Below are positions 8,548 to 21,641 of a DNA stretch of 64,000 nucleotides, in pieces. The notes below the pieces were generated by a model that saw only the letters and a program-made list of their open reading frames with translations, did no database searches and was not told where the DNA came from. Position 1 is the stretch's first letter, and each line of letters begins with the position of its first letter. The stretch spans positions 1 to 64,000 of IMG/VR virus record IMGVR_UViG_3300032046_000013; one strand, written 5' to 3'. A program made the translations under genes and the position numbers. The stretch comes from a virus.

Positions 8548-10607
8548 TCTCTGATTCCCGATGTTCCGTTCAATGCCTGCCCCAGTTTATCCGGGAAGCT
8601 AATCAGGTCTCCCACGATGTCGATAAACATCTGGTCAGGATGCGTTCCCCGTGCAATATCCCGCGCCTCTATCGCTTCCTGCGCTCGTCTCTGTTGATCT
8701 AAAATATGTTCAGGACGAAACGGGTCAAAGGGACTCACGAAAGGAGAAAATCCAGCTTCTATCTGTTGTTGAACGGGCGTGGTAATCAGATGTTCAGCCC
8801 GAGCTATCTGTTCGGGTGTTCCCGCTCCACTTTCTATAGCTGTGATCGCCGCAATGTCCTTCCCGTGCTCTATCGTCCGTTGTTCAGCTTGCGCGTCGGT
8901 GCCAAATAACTTACCCCACCAACTCACCGCTGTATACACCATCACGGTAAATCCCTGATCCACGATGCTTTCCGTTATTTGCATGACACCCAGTGTACGT
9001 TTTTCAAATTCAATATGGTCATCCGTATAATTTTTTAACTTCGCTTTCATCTCTTCAGTAGTCGGCATCGCCCCGGCTCCGCGCTGGGCCGCCATCGCTT
9101 GGGCCGCGACTCCGATAGGCAACTTCGGAAGCCAATTCTGAGTCTCTTCCATTTCCTGTCTCAGGGCCATTTCCGTCGACGGGTCACCGTGGGGAATTAT
9201 CATGTCCAGCCCGGCCATCATCGCCAGTTGGAGTTGATGTTCCAGGACTTCCCTCTGGGCTGGATTCACCCGGATTCCCATTCTCTGTAGTTCCGCATAA
9301 CCCCCGGCACTTTTTTGACCTATGGTTCTGACCATCAAATCCATCGTGAACGCATCGCCATGAGCCTGGGATAACACGGATTGAAGTTCCGCAAATCCCG
9401 GTCTGTTCTGAATCGCCTGCAACGCTTGCTGGCCCCAGAAGGCCGTCTGGGTCGGCCCCTGTTTGGAATAGCCCAAGGCGATGGTCGCCACGTCCTGGAG
9501 AGAAACGATTCCCTTATCCAGTTCTTTGCCGAACCTGAATACCCAGGCTCCGGCATCGGTCATGCCCAGATTCCACAGCCGATTCTGATCCGCCAGCCCC
9601 GCGACGTTCTGCACGAATTTCGGGATGTCCAGGTTTAATTTATTCGTCTCCGCATAGAACCGCCCGAGACTCACTGCCTGGAGTAATTGGGCCGCCAGTT
9701 GATCAACCGAAACCCCGAGTCTCCGGTGCATCGATCCCATTTCCTGCGCCAGATTCGCCATCGATTCCCCGGTGAAAAAATGGAGTGCCAAGACGCCCCT
9801 CAGCACTCCTTCGAGTTCCCACGTTGTCATTCCGGGTATCGCCTGTTGGAGACTCACTGCGATCTGGTCTATCTCTTCTTTGATAGTGGGAAATCTCATC
9901 TTGGTCTGCCGGATGCTCTCCGTATAGGCCGTCATGTCATACGGAGTTCCCCTCAATAGTCTGCCACTGGCCGCCGCCAGTTGGAAATCCACCCTGGTCT
10001 CCTTCAGATGTTTGTCATAGACTGCGAGCGTGAACTTCGCCAGGTCCATGATGGTCATGGCTCCCAATGGAAATCCGATGCTGGATAAAAAAGCCCGGCC
10101 TTTATCCATCGAGGCCATCAGTTCGGACTTCTTGGTATCGCCCTCGTCCGGTTTGGCTTTCAGCGGGTCTTTCGCGTCCTCGATGATCTCCGCCACGCCT
10201 TCCTCACCTTTGGCCACCTGATCCACCGTTTTCTCCCGGTCCGCCACTTCCTGGTCGTGAAAAGCCTCGACATCCCGAAGCATCTGAGTATTGGAGTCTT
10301 CGACATCGGACAGGAGCTTGCCCAATTTCTGCCGTTCGATCTCGACCATGAGCATTACCTGTCGCTCATCCAGGTCCGTTTTTCCCTGGAGCATCTTTCC
10401 ATATTCTTCCAGATACCGGGCACTCAGGGCTTCCCGATTCCGCGAGAACTGTTCCCCATATTGGGCTATCGAGGCGTAATAATCTTCGGCGTTTTTCAAC
10501 ATGACCTTGCGCGTCCGCTCAAGTTCCTGCTCGGCCTCACTCATCGCCTGACCGTTGATGGCGAATGCGAGTTCTATCGCCTGCTCAAATGTATTAACAA
10601 CCGTCAT
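8544..10607 (-). CDS. Tape-measure-like helical protein, paralog B (687 aa)
   Basis: Motifs FEQAIELA, FPTIKEEID, FGKELDKGIVSLQDV. Confidence 0.6.
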   Translation of the reverse strand: MTVVNTFEQAIELAFAINGQAMSEAEQELERTRKVMLKNAEDYYASIAQYGEQFSRNREALSARYLEEYGKMLQGKTDLDERQVMLMVEIERQKLGKLLSDVEDSNTQMLRDVEAFHDQEVADREKTVDQVAKGEEGVAEIIEDAKDPLKAKPDEGDTKKSELMASMDKGRAFLSSIGFPLGAMTIMDLAKFTLAVYDKHLKETRVDFQLAAASGRLLRGTPYDMTAYTESIRQTKMRFPTIKEEIDQIAVSLQQAIPGMTTWELEGVLRGVLALHFFTGESMANLAQEMGSMHRRLGVSVDQLAAQLLQAVSLGRFYAETNKLNLDIPKFVQNVAGLADQNRLWNLGMTDAGAWVFRFGKELDKGIVSLQDVATIALGYSKQGPTQTAFWGQQALQAIQNRPGFAELQSVLSQAHGDAFTMDLMVRTIGQKSAGGYAELQRMGIRVNPAQREVLEHQLQLAMMAGLDMIIPHGDPSTEMALRQEMEETQNWLPKLPIGVAAQAMAAQRGAGAMPTTEEMKAKLKNYTDDHIEFEKRTLGVMQITESIVDQGFTVMVYTAVSWWGKLFGTDAQAEQRTIEHGKDIAAITAIESGAGTPEQIARAEHLITTPVQQQIEAGFSPFVSPFDPFRPEHILDQQRRAQEAIEARDIARGTHPDQMFIDIVGDLISFPDKLGQALNGTSGIRE

Positions 10608-12835
10608 TACTGCGCACTCGGATAAGCTGCCTTGATCGCGGCTTCGGCTCCCCTGGCGGCTATGGCCGGGATATCTCCATATATGGTTCCTGGCGGAACC
10701 GTGATCTGCACATTGATCGTGTTGCCCGCCGAAGTGGGCGGAGCGGATCGTAATGGTATATTACTCGGTTGAAAATGCCCAGGATCACCAAGTAAAGGAT
10801 TGATCAATCCAGCGGTTCTCAAAAAAGGTTGGGCTATCTTATATTGTCTGGGATCGATGTCCACCGCCAAGCCCCGAGGATGGAGAGATGTTTCCGGGCG
10901 GGCGGCTTGACCGATTTCGCCACGTTGGGATTTTCCCCATAATTCTTGCTGGCGTTCGGGCGTCCGATAGCCTTCGGTGATCCGCAAAGGCCCCAACCCA
11001 GCCGCGATCATCTGTTGATTCACCTTTTCGAGAGCTGGTGCAATCTGTTCACTAACTTCGACAGATCGTCCCCCGATATTAACCGTGGTCATTCCCGGAG
11101 TCGCGTAAGTTATATCCGTGCCCGAAACTTTTTGCGGTTGGATGCCCAAACGAGTGGCGATAAATACGTTGATTCTGGTCAGCAGGGCTTGTGCATGACC
11201 TGCTAATACTTTGATTTGATTTTCATTTTCATTCTGCAAAGCATCTAGGGCCGGGCTATAGATCCAGTCTGCGTATGCCAATCCTCCGGGTGTGGGTTTG
11301 GGTATCGGTTCGGCTCTGATGCCGAATCCCCTCGCCGCCTCTTGTTGCTCGACCGTGCCCCCGGTGTTGACGCCAAACATCTGATTCAATATCATCAGAA
11401 TATTATACCGTCTTTCAGCCGGAGACCCACCCAACTGTCCGCCTCTGATCTCCGCATATTGATTCCGCATCGCCAGAAGTTCCCGCTGAAGTTCCTGGAT
11501 GTTCTCCTGCGTCAATTGGGGAAATTCCTTCCGCGCTTCTTCGAGACCCATTGATCCGGTCGTGATATACTGCATCATCCGGTCCATACCCATGACACTT
11601 CCCATCTGGGTTTTTAATACGTCCACCAGAGTCCGATAATGCGGATCATCGCCCATCATTTTCACCATGTCCATGCCCACGGCCCCGGCCATGCCCAGTG
11701 GCACTCGGGATAGTGCACTGGCCAAATTTATCAAATCCTGCACGCTCAGCAATCCGTTGTTGATCTCCTGAGAGAAATGGGTGGTCAGGAACATCGATTC
11801 TTCAAGGCCGATTCCCCATTTCGCGCCTTCCTTAGTCAAGTCCACGAATGCTTGGTGGAGCACTGCCAGACTGGGAACCGTGTCCGTCGCGTTCTGGCCC
11901 GGAATCTCGTTTCTCTGCCGCGCCGCTTCATGGAGAGTCAGGAACGCCGCCAGCACATCTTCCGGGGTTTTATTAGTGATCCGCGCCAAGTCTGCCGTAT
12001 CCTGGCCCAACTTTCCCATCGTATCGGTGAGTAACAGGGAGGCCCGACGGATATGTTTATTCGCTTCCTGTAATTGAGGATTAGATATCAGGGGCAGACT
12101 TTGTTTCAGACTCAACATCACCTTGTCTATTTCCTGGGCCAGGGACGGGAAATCCGCCCTCTGATTCGCCAGTTCGATCATAAACTGGCCGACATCCTCC
12201 ATCTGAAAGCCTCCGGCTGCCGCGACCTGGAAGGCGTTCCGTAACTCCGATCTCCAAAAATCATACTGGTCTTTGATGAAACCCAGGGTGGACCAGATGT
12301 CGGTCGGAAGCACGGGCAATCCAGCCATACCAGCGATCCGATTGAACTCGCTCACGGACTGGTCGAATTCCGCTGATGCGCCTTCCTTTTTTTTGCCCTG
12401 GATCGCCCGGACTCGAAGGTCCCGCAGGTGATCCTGCGCCCGTTTGATCTGAGTCAGATACGTCGCTCCGAGTTTGGTCCAACCATCATTCAGTGCGGTC
12501 TCTTGACCCTGGCGACCAGAGAAATAGGTAGCGATTTCTGCTGTCGAAAATTTAAACCTCTGATGCTCAGCCTCGCTCATTTTCGTCAGTTCATCTTCCC
12601 GATATCCATATCGGGTTTTCAGGAATTTCCGAAACGCCTCAGCCGCCTGTTCCTCATTCCCCGCCGCGAGGCTCTCCTGGGCCTCGGTCAGCGCGGCCAC
12701 CGCTTCATCATTCTCTCGGAACTTCCCAAGCTGTGTCCCGGAGAATGATCGGAGAGCCTCCAGCGCGGCCTCCCGAGACCGTTGGTTCACCTCATGGGCG
12801 AACTCCAGAACCTGCTCTAATTTTTCGAGGGTCAC
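10607..12835 (-). CDS. Tape-measure-like protein, paralog A (742 aa), with C-terminal M15 (VanY-like) peptidoglycan peptidase
   Basis: Motifs LEQVLEFA, FPSLAQEID, FSQEINNGLLSVQDL; then ITEGYRT..RQ..L, SLHPRGLAVD (SxHxxGxAxD), DPGHFQ; ends NTINVQITV. Confidence 0.7.
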   Translation of the reverse strand: MTLEKLEQVLEFAHEVNQRSREAALEALRSFSGTQLGKFRENDEAVAALTEAQESLAAGNEEQAAEAFRKFLKTRYGYREDELTKMSEAEHQRFKFSTAEIATYFSGRQGQETALNDGWTKLGATYLTQIKRAQDHLRDLRVRAIQGKKKEGASAEFDQSVSEFNRIAGMAGLPVLPTDIWSTLGFIKDQYDFWRSELRNAFQVAAAGGFQMEDVGQFMIELANQRADFPSLAQEIDKVMLSLKQSLPLISNPQLQEANKHIRRASLLLTDTMGKLGQDTADLARITNKTPEDVLAAFLTLHEAARQRNEIPGQNATDTVPSLAVLHQAFVDLTKEGAKWGIGLEESMFLTTHFSQEINNGLLSVQDLINLASALSRVPLGMAGAVGMDMVKMMGDDPHYRTLVDVLKTQMGSVMGMDRMMQYITTGSMGLEEARKEFPQLTQENIQELQRELLAMRNQYAEIRGGQLGGSPAERRYNILMILNQMFGVNTGGTVEQQEAARGFGIRAEPIPKPTPGGLAYADWIYSPALDALQNENENQIKVLAGHAQALLTRINVFIATRLGIQPQKVSGTDITYATPGMTTVNIGGRSVEVSEQIAPALEKVNQQMIAAGLGPLRITEGYRTPERQQELWGKSQRGEIGQAARPETSLHPRGLAVDIDPRQYKIAQPFLRTAGLINPLLGDPGHFQPSNIPLRSAPPTSAGNTINVQITVPPGTIYGDIPAIAARGAEAAIKAAYPSAQ

Positions 12836-13233
12836 CGTGCCCTTTCCTGGAGTGCCGAGGCTGTCGGATCGGCCAAAAACTGTTCCGCGATGTTCCGAAC
12901 AATCTGCTGAATTCTGCTTTCCAGGCCCGGAATTGGCACGGACTTTGCTTGGGCGAATGGCACGATCCTGATCCCCGAGGTCGGAAGGCCCGGTGCCTGG
13001 GTGTTGTCCAGACTGACCACCAGCCGCACTCCAACCCGCGTAGGCTCGACTTTCGTGGTTATCCGGGCCTGGGGCAGACCCTCGGCCAGGACGCGGCTCA
13101 GAGGCTCCTGCAACCGCGAAGCCAAGACTTCCAGGAAGTAACCCCCGATGTCGGACACGGACTGGGGTAGGCCAGACCGGAGAGTCGTTTTAATTTTCAG
13201 CATTGAACGCATTCCAGCATCAGGGTTCTCCAA
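12832..13233 (-). CDS. Putative neck/tail-completion protein (133 aa)
   Basis: Overlaps both neighbours in the operon; assignment from synteny only. Confidence 0.4.
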   Translation of the reverse strand: MENPDAGMRSMLKIKTTLRSGLPQSVSDIGGYFLEVLASRLQEPLSRVLAEGLPQARITTKVEPTRVGVRLVVSLDNTQAPGLPTSGIRIVPFAQAKSVPIPGLESRIQQIVRNIAEQFLADPTASALQERAR

Positions 13234-14083
13234 ACGGCGGGGTCACGGCCTCGGGCAGGGCCTCGATTACCCCCTGGACAGGAACGGTATAGACTGGATG
13301 CGAGGGGTCCACCAAGTCCAGTTGCATCGTCTGCTCGGTCAGGATACCTTGGGTGATGATCAGGGCTAAATCCCGGATGGTCCATCTCAGACCGTCGGCC
13401 CGAATCACCACGTCGCCGTTCCTCAGCAGGGGCCAGTCCGCAAGCCACGCCGGAGGCGCAGATTGGACGGCCAGTCCCCAGGAACTGAGTTTCACGTTCT
13501 GGTTCAGGGGTAGAATACGCAACAGAATGTCCCGTAGAATCTCATACCCGCCTTCGTAGCCGATGCCAAAGCACCGGGGGCAAACCCTCCCCTGTTCATA
13601 GGTCTCGGAATAACATCCGCATTTGGGTCCGGCAGTTTTCCGAATCAGAATCATCACCCGTTCCGCATCGTTGTCCAGGATCAGGAGTTTCCGCCGCACA
13701 TACTCCTGAAGAATCCGGGGAATCGAGATAGTCTCATGCCGCCGTGCCGAATGGGTAAAAAATGACTGCATGGAAACCGGATCACCCAGTGAGTTCTCCG
13801 TCCCGTCACCCATCACCTCGGTCACCGCATACCAGTATTCGGTGAGATTCCGCATCTCAATAGTCTGATCTCGGTAGAACGGGATGGTCACGGGCACCGC
13901 ATTCAGAAGCGTCATCTCTGGGAGAGATCGGAAAACTAAGGAGCGGCGGATATTATAACCCAGGGCCATCCGATTCTGGGGTATCCAATGAACATCCACC
14001 TCGGTTAGCACCAACGGCTTTTGGAGCCAGATTCGAGTGTCCGATCCGACCCGCCCTTGCCATGTAGCGTTAGTCGCCATCAT
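13220..14083 (-). CDS. Head-closure/neck-like protein with FN3-like N-terminus and zinc finger
   Basis: GYNIRRS...YWYAVTEV...E (FN3-like); CGC...CPRCFGIGYEGGY; PLLRNGDVVIRADGLRWTI. Confidence 0.55.
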   Translation of the reverse strand: MMATNATWQGRVGSDTRIWLQKPLVLTEVDVHWIPQNRMALGYNIRRSLVFRSLPEMTLLNAVPVTIPFYRDQTIEMRNLTEYWYAVTEVMGDGTENSLGDPVSMQSFFTHSARRHETISIPRILQEYVRRKLLILDNDAERVMILIRKTAGPKCGCYSETYEQGRVCPRCFGIGYEGGYEILRDILLRILPLNQNVKLSSWGLAVQSAPPAWLADWPLLRNGDVVIRADGLRWTIRDLALIITQGILTEQTMQLDLVDPSHPVYTVPVQGVIEALPEAVTPPFGEP

Positions 14084-15974
14084 CTTTGCCTATATAATGC
14101 CAGCCCTTGGTTCGCGTGTCAAGGGTGGATAGATAGACTTGAAACAGATCATCGAACCACTGCTGAAATTCCCATTTCACTCGGTCCATCGAGAACCGCA
14201 GACCATGTTCGCGGATTCGCGCATGATCCACTTGGGGAGCACGGACGGCGGCGTGAATAAAATCTTGTAAGGTATTGCATCGGAAGCCGACTACGCCGTT
14301 CAACACATCCGGGATCGTCTCGGGGAAGACTCCGAAATTCGTGGTAATCGGCGGAGTGCCGCTGAGCATGGACTCCACGTGAGTCCCGGCAAACGGTTCC
14401 AGATATTCACTGGATACGAATGTTCCAACAGCCCGGGCCATCAGTTGTTTTCGTTTCTCTGGCTCGGCGAATCCCAAGTATTCCCAATTCCCCGGTGCCA
14501 GCACGAATTCCTCATCCATTCCCTGGAGGGAACCGTCTCGCAGAACTATCGCACCCTGACCGACGATCAGGAGTTTCTGACCCAGATGGTTGCAGACTTT
14601 GGCCGCCGTAAGCACGCCTTTACGCAAAATCATCCGGCCAATGAACAAATAATAATCGTCTTTCGTGGCCCGGAACTCAAAATCCCGAGGATCAAAATAG
14701 TTGGGAATCACTCGGTCATAATACCTGCCATTGATCGACTGATAAGGGAACTGAGACCCGTAAGTGAAGTTCTGAATATACGACGACTCAAAGGCCCGGA
14801 ACTGACAGTAGCTCCCTCGATACCCGACGCCCGGTTCGACTGTCAGATAAAGTGGCACGGCATCGGCCACAGGCTGGTGATACCGACCCTGGGTCACGAG
14901 CAGAAAATCCGATGGCTGTGCCTCGATTTTCAGACTCTCTATCGTCGCCTGATAAAACTTGCGCGTCACTTCCCGAGGTTCGAGATTAAAGTCATGCCGG
15001 AATTCGTGAGTCTTCCAATCGTAGCCAATGGCAAATCGATTGTCTCCATCCCCCCAGGCGCGACGAATATCCGATAATGTATGGGTCTGGATCATCTTCG
15101 TGCATGGCACATCCGATCCTTCAGCCCCATAATAAATGACTTCGTGGCCCAGGGACATCAGCATCTGCGCGAGTTTGTAATTCTTCTGAGTAAAAGCACA
15201 GGCCATATATTCTCGGGAACACGGCAGATGCACCAGACCCAGAAGATGGAAACGGTATCTCCTGTCAGGTAGCCCATTGAGTTTTCTCAGGTCACGCCGC
15301 ATCTTGCGGTATGCTTCATTGTTCCCATCATTCAACTGGGCAGATAGTTGCCGGGAATGGAATCGATATCCGTATAGTTCTTCCTTCACGATGGTTCCGC
15401 GTTTGCCTGCCTGGAAAAGCCTGATCCACAGGTCCCAATCTTCGGCATACAACAGTTCATCCCGATAGGAGATTTCCCTGAAAGTTTGGGCCGTGGCCAT
15501 CAACCACGAATGGAGAAGATTCCGATCCGCTTCCTCGGACAGGGTTCCGATCCGGCCCTGGACACTCCCCGTCCGATCTCCGATCAATCGGCCCCAGCAC
15601 AAAACCCAATCATGGCTCTGAATTTTGGCAAGATTTTTTTCCAGCATTTGCGGCAGGGGAATGTCATCGCTATCCACCATCTGGATGTATTCTGCGCCAC
15701 CGGCCAAAGCCGCTGACACTGCCCTGGCTTTATTGTGTCCGCTCCCGACCTGGGGCAGATATTCTATTCGAGTGATGATCGGCCTCAAAGTATGGGTGGC
15801 GATAATCTGATCAAGAATCGCCAGTTCCTCGGCTGATGATCCATCGGCACAGATGTAGACGTTGATATCTTTACACGTCTGATTTGCCAGTCCCGCCAGA
15901 GTCTCCCCGATGAAGTCCGAGGAATTGTAATAAGCGATACATATTGCGATTTTAGGCATTGAACCGTTCTCCAA
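14070..15974 (-). CDS. Bifunctional glycosyltransferase (GT2 GT-A domain fused to GT4 GT-B domain)
   Basis: IAICIAYYN, YIQMVDSDD, EDWDLWIRL (GT2); YLFIGRMILRKG, EPFAGTHVESMLSGTPPIT (GT4). Confidence 0.9.
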   Translation of the reverse strand: MENGSMPKIAICIAYYNSSDFIGETLAGLANQTCKDINVYICADGSSAEELAILDQIIATHTLRPIITRIEYLPQVGSGHNKARAVSAALAGGAEYIQMVDSDDIPLPQMLEKNLAKIQSHDWVLCWGRLIGDRTGSVQGRIGTLSEEADRNLLHSWLMATAQTFREISYRDELLYAEDWDLWIRLFQAGKRGTIVKEELYGYRFHSRQLSAQLNDGNNEAYRKMRRDLRKLNGLPDRRYRFHLLGLVHLPCSREYMACAFTQKNYKLAQMLMSLGHEVIYYGAEGSDVPCTKMIQTHTLSDIRRAWGDGDNRFAIGYDWKTHEFRHDFNLEPREVTRKFYQATIESLKIEAQPSDFLLVTQGRYHQPVADAVPLYLTVEPGVGYRGSYCQFRAFESSYIQNFTYGSQFPYQSINGRYYDRVIPNYFDPRDFEFRATKDDYYLFIGRMILRKGVLTAAKVCNHLGQKLLIVGQGAIVLRDGSLQGMDEEFVLAPGNWEYLGFAEPEKRKQLMARAVGTFVSSEYLEPFAGTHVESMLSGTPPITTNFGVFPETIPDVLNGVVGFRCNTLQDFIHAAVRAPQVDHARIREHGLRFSMDRVKWEFQQWFDDLFQVYLSTLDTRTKGWHYIGKDDGD

Positions 15975-16065
15975 AACTTACCCAAGTGTGGACAGGCCAC
16001 ACTGGGGTTTGGTTCCTGCTTCACCGAGAACCGCCCCCGTGGGTCTTACATCCTCTCCGCAGGCG

Positions 16066-16716
16066 TCACTTCCCGCCGACGAAAATTCCGTAGTAGGCTT
16101 TGCCCGCGCACAAACCGCTGAGCATCTCGACCTTGCCTTCGCCGCCATACAAGCGGTTTAACATCTCCTCTGTCAAATAATGCGGATGACCAGCCCCGAC
16201 GGGAACTTCCAACCAATCAAAGGCTCGGAGTATCCGCCCATGCTGTCGGGCTTGGGTCACTACTTGGGCGGGTTCCCGCACGTGCTGGAGCACATTGTAA
16301 ATCCAGACCTCATCGAATATCCCGATCTCGCCCAAGTTTTCGGCCATCACGGCCATCATCTCAATACCCACATGCTCATATTTGGACCTGACCCATGCGG
16401 GATATTCGCATGGATCGACCACGACGGCCCGGCCCCGGTTGTGGCATTTTAATAGAAGCGAGACCGGCCCGCCGCCGATGTCCAGCACGCTTCGACCTTG
16501 AAGATTGATCTGATACGGAGAAGTTCCGTCCAGATTTTCCCATTGGAGTCCCATCCGAGGAGCGTAGATTATTTGCTTCGCTTCTTCTGCATAGGTATTG
16601 ATGCACGCACCCCACCAGCGGGCTTCCCAAGCGGAATCCTGCTCCCAAGTCACGTTAAACTCCGAAAGTATTTGATCGTGCGCAATAATCCGACTTCCAG
16701 CGATGCGGGTTTCCAT
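16066..16716 (-). CDS. Class I SAM-dependent methyltransferase
   Basis: VLDIGGGP motif I; FDEVWIYNVLQHV. Confidence 0.85.
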   Translation of the reverse strand: METRIAGSRIIAHDQILSEFNVTWEQDSAWEARWWGACINTYAEEAKQIIYAPRMGLQWENLDGTSPYQINLQGRSVLDIGGGPVSLLLKCHNRGRAVVVDPCEYPAWVRSKYEHVGIEMMAVMAENLGEIGIFDEVWIYNVLQHVREPAQVVTQARQHGRILRAFDWLEVPVGAGHPHYLTEEMLNRLYGGEGKVEMLSGLCAGKAYYGIFVGGK

Positions 16717-17495
16717 CCTGGCAAATCATCCATCGGCCATAGAGCTTTATCCGCGTGTTTACGGTCTGATGCCATGTCGCAGATTTGGGACTGGGAATCG
16801 GTCAACCGGATAATCATTTCGGCCAAGTTTCGGATCGTGATTGTAGTTCCACCGACATTGATCGTCGGGTTGCCGGGCTTCACCTGGAGCAGGGCCACAA
16901 CCGCATCATCTACATGGAGCAACACCTCCCTCTGCATTCCGCCTTGGTAGATCATCAGCGGTTCGCCGCGTAGTGCCCTTTGGATAAACTGCGGCACGAC
17001 CCGAGAGTCGTCACGTCGCATCTGATCACCGAACACATTGAAGAACCGCACGATCTGAACTGACGATCCCCGTTTGGCGTATTCTTCACACAGAAGTTCG
17101 GCACCGCGCTTGGCCATCACATAAATTTCTTTCGATGCTTCGTCCAATACGCGGATGCTCGACACGAAGATCAGGGGCACTCCCAGTTCCAGCAGGTTCT
17201 GCGCTCCTACGATATTTGATGACATAGTTTCAATAGACAATCTTTCGCACTGCGCGGGGATCGCCGGGGAAGCCAGATGGAAGGCCAGATCGTAAGCATG
17301 GTCTCCAAGTGGGCGGCAAATATCATGTGCCAGAAACGTGATGTTCTGATTTGCCGGGATGTGGCTAAGGTTCTTCCGGTAACTCGTAAGATAATTATCC
17401 AAGCATGTCACTTGATGACCTTGGCTCACCAAGACCTTGCACAAGTGCAATCCGATGAATCCCGCTCCGCCCGCGACTAGAATTCTCACGCCCAA
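16650..17495 (-). CDS. NAD-dependent nucleotide-sugar epimerase/decarboxylase (UDP-glucuronate decarboxylase-like)
   Basis: GGAGFIG Rossmann motif, HLASPA, YVMAKR (YxxxK), RFFNVFG, DDSRVVPQFIQRALRGEPL. Confidence 0.9.
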   Translation of the reverse strand: MGVRILVAGGAGFIGLHLCKVLVSQGHQVTCLDNYLTSYRKNLSHIPANQNITFLAHDICRPLGDHAYDLAFHLASPAIPAQCERLSIETMSSNIVGAQNLLELGVPLIFVSSIRVLDEASKEIYVMAKRGAELLCEEYAKRGSSVQIVRFFNVFGDQMRRDDSRVVPQFIQRALRGEPLMIYQGGMQREVLLHVDDAVVALLQVKPGNPTINVGGTTITIRNLAEMIIRLTDSQSQICDMASDRKHADKALWPMDDLPGWKPASLEVGLLRTIKYFRSLT

Positions 17496-18433
17496 CGCTC
17501 CCGGAATTGTTCATAAATGGAATGTGGACGTATGTATGGAGTCGCTTTCAAGATCGGAGTCCAGAACTGTTGATCATTGATAATCAGAAACATCCCGTAA
17601 CGGGCGGCCACGCTATTTCTCCATTCAGTGTCTTTATATGCAGCCAATGGTTGTAACGCAGCCGGAGCCACTTCGGTCAATGGATGCACGACATATTGGC
17701 CTCTTCGTATCTTGGGAGACTTCTGCAATCGGGCCAAATGACGGGGGGAAATATCATCAGATGAATCCAAGCTACTTCGCCGGGATAGGTTACAGGCAAA
17801 ACCGCACTGGGGACACCACTGCTTGATCTGGGTCCCGAACTCCCAGGGCATTCTTGACCACCATCCGGGTGTAATCGACCATGCTTCATCCGGTTCTTCG
17901 GGATAGAGAATCGCCATAGCCGCCGCGATCTCGCAGAAGAACGCTCCTCGGGGATTGATCGAAGCGGACCATGATTCTTGCGCCCAACAGTGATTTATTT
18001 TATCCCACATCTTGGTCTGATCTTCGACCACTTCTTCGATCCCGACCAACACCGGACAATGGTAGATGTCTGACCTACTATGGTCATTGATGAAAATATG
18101 ACCGAAAGTCCGGCAGATGATCTCCCGATATTTTTCATACCCTTCGGGCAGGGTCGTCCACAGCCCGAGTTGGCGGGGTTCAAATCGGGATGCCGCGTAG
18201 TCACACATCCGCTCAAATTCAGGATGAAGTAACGGCTCACCGCCTTGGAAACCGATCATCCGAGGATACCCGATCATGCTGTCAATCGCGGAACAAAACA
18301 CTGCGAAGTCCATGAAATACGGTTCAACGTGTCCGACCATCCGCGAACAGTTGGCGCACGAATTCCGACAGACATTCGTGACCTCGATCTGGCACGTATC
18401 CATGTCCAGAATGGCTCTCACGCAAGTCTCCAT
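17486..18433 (-). CDS. Radical SAM enzyme
   Basis: CRNSCANC (CxxxCxxC), GGEPLLHP, and further cysteines (CW, FFCE, WCPQCG) suggesting an auxiliary cluster. Confidence 0.88.
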   Translation of the reverse strand: METCVRAILDMDTCQIEVTNVCRNSCANCSRMVGHVEPYFMDFAVFCSAIDSMIGYPRMIGFQGGEPLLHPEFERMCDYAASRFEPRQLGLWTTLPEGYEKYREIICRTFGHIFINDHSRSDIYHCPVLVGIEEVVEDQTKMWDKINHCWAQESWSASINPRGAFFCEIAAAMAILYPEEPDEAWSITPGWWSRMPWEFGTQIKQWCPQCGFACNLSRRSSLDSSDDISPRHLARLQKSPKIRRGQYVVHPLTEVAPAALQPLAAYKDTEWRNSVAARYGMFLIINDQQFWTPILKATPYIRPHSIYEQFRERWA

Positions 18434-19097
18434 TGTTTCATCACAGTCTTTAACTGCGCCACTTTTTCCTCCGGGGGTATCGCATACAGGTGAAACAAAA
18501 ACTCCGGTGGGTCAAAACCCCGACTTTTCAATATGTCCATGATGGTCTTGAATTTCAAACCGTAGCGGGCGATGTTCCGGGACAGCACATAATCATCGAC
18601 CAACCGGATAGGTGTGATTCCAGCTTGGAGTTCGGCCACGATTGGAAATATCGAGGCCGCAACCTGATCTGGCGTCATGTCTTCCAATGGATGCCATAGA
18701 TCGGTGCACCATGAACTGGCGAGGGTAAACCAATTGCATGATCCGATAAATCGCCCATCCCGCTGAAAATACCGATCCCATTTCCAGCGTAAGGTATTCA
18801 AGTCGGACCCATTGTGAGCCACGGTGTCCATTGGCAGATGACACGTGATGTCCGGCATATCGGGATGAACAAGCGCATCGCAGTCGATGTAGATATTCCA
18901 ATCATTGCGCATCTGCTCGGCCAGTTCATAGATTTGCATTTTCTCATAAACTTCGGGCCATTGAGGAAACTTCCGCTCGTGGATGACATAAAAGTCTGCC
19001 CCGATTTTATGCGCATAGGCTTTCAGAAATGGGTAGGTCAGATCAGTAACGGCCTGGGAATAAGCATGTGCGACATTCAGAGTAAAAATGATTTTGG

Positions 19098-19101
<4 letters not shown>
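18418..19101 (-). CDS. GT-A fold glycosyltransferase-like protein
   Basis: AYAHKIGADF, YEKMQIY, YIDCDALV (DxD); located within the sugar cluster. Confidence 0.7.
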
Positions 19102-21637
<2,536 letters not shown>

Positions 21638-21641
<4 letters not shown>

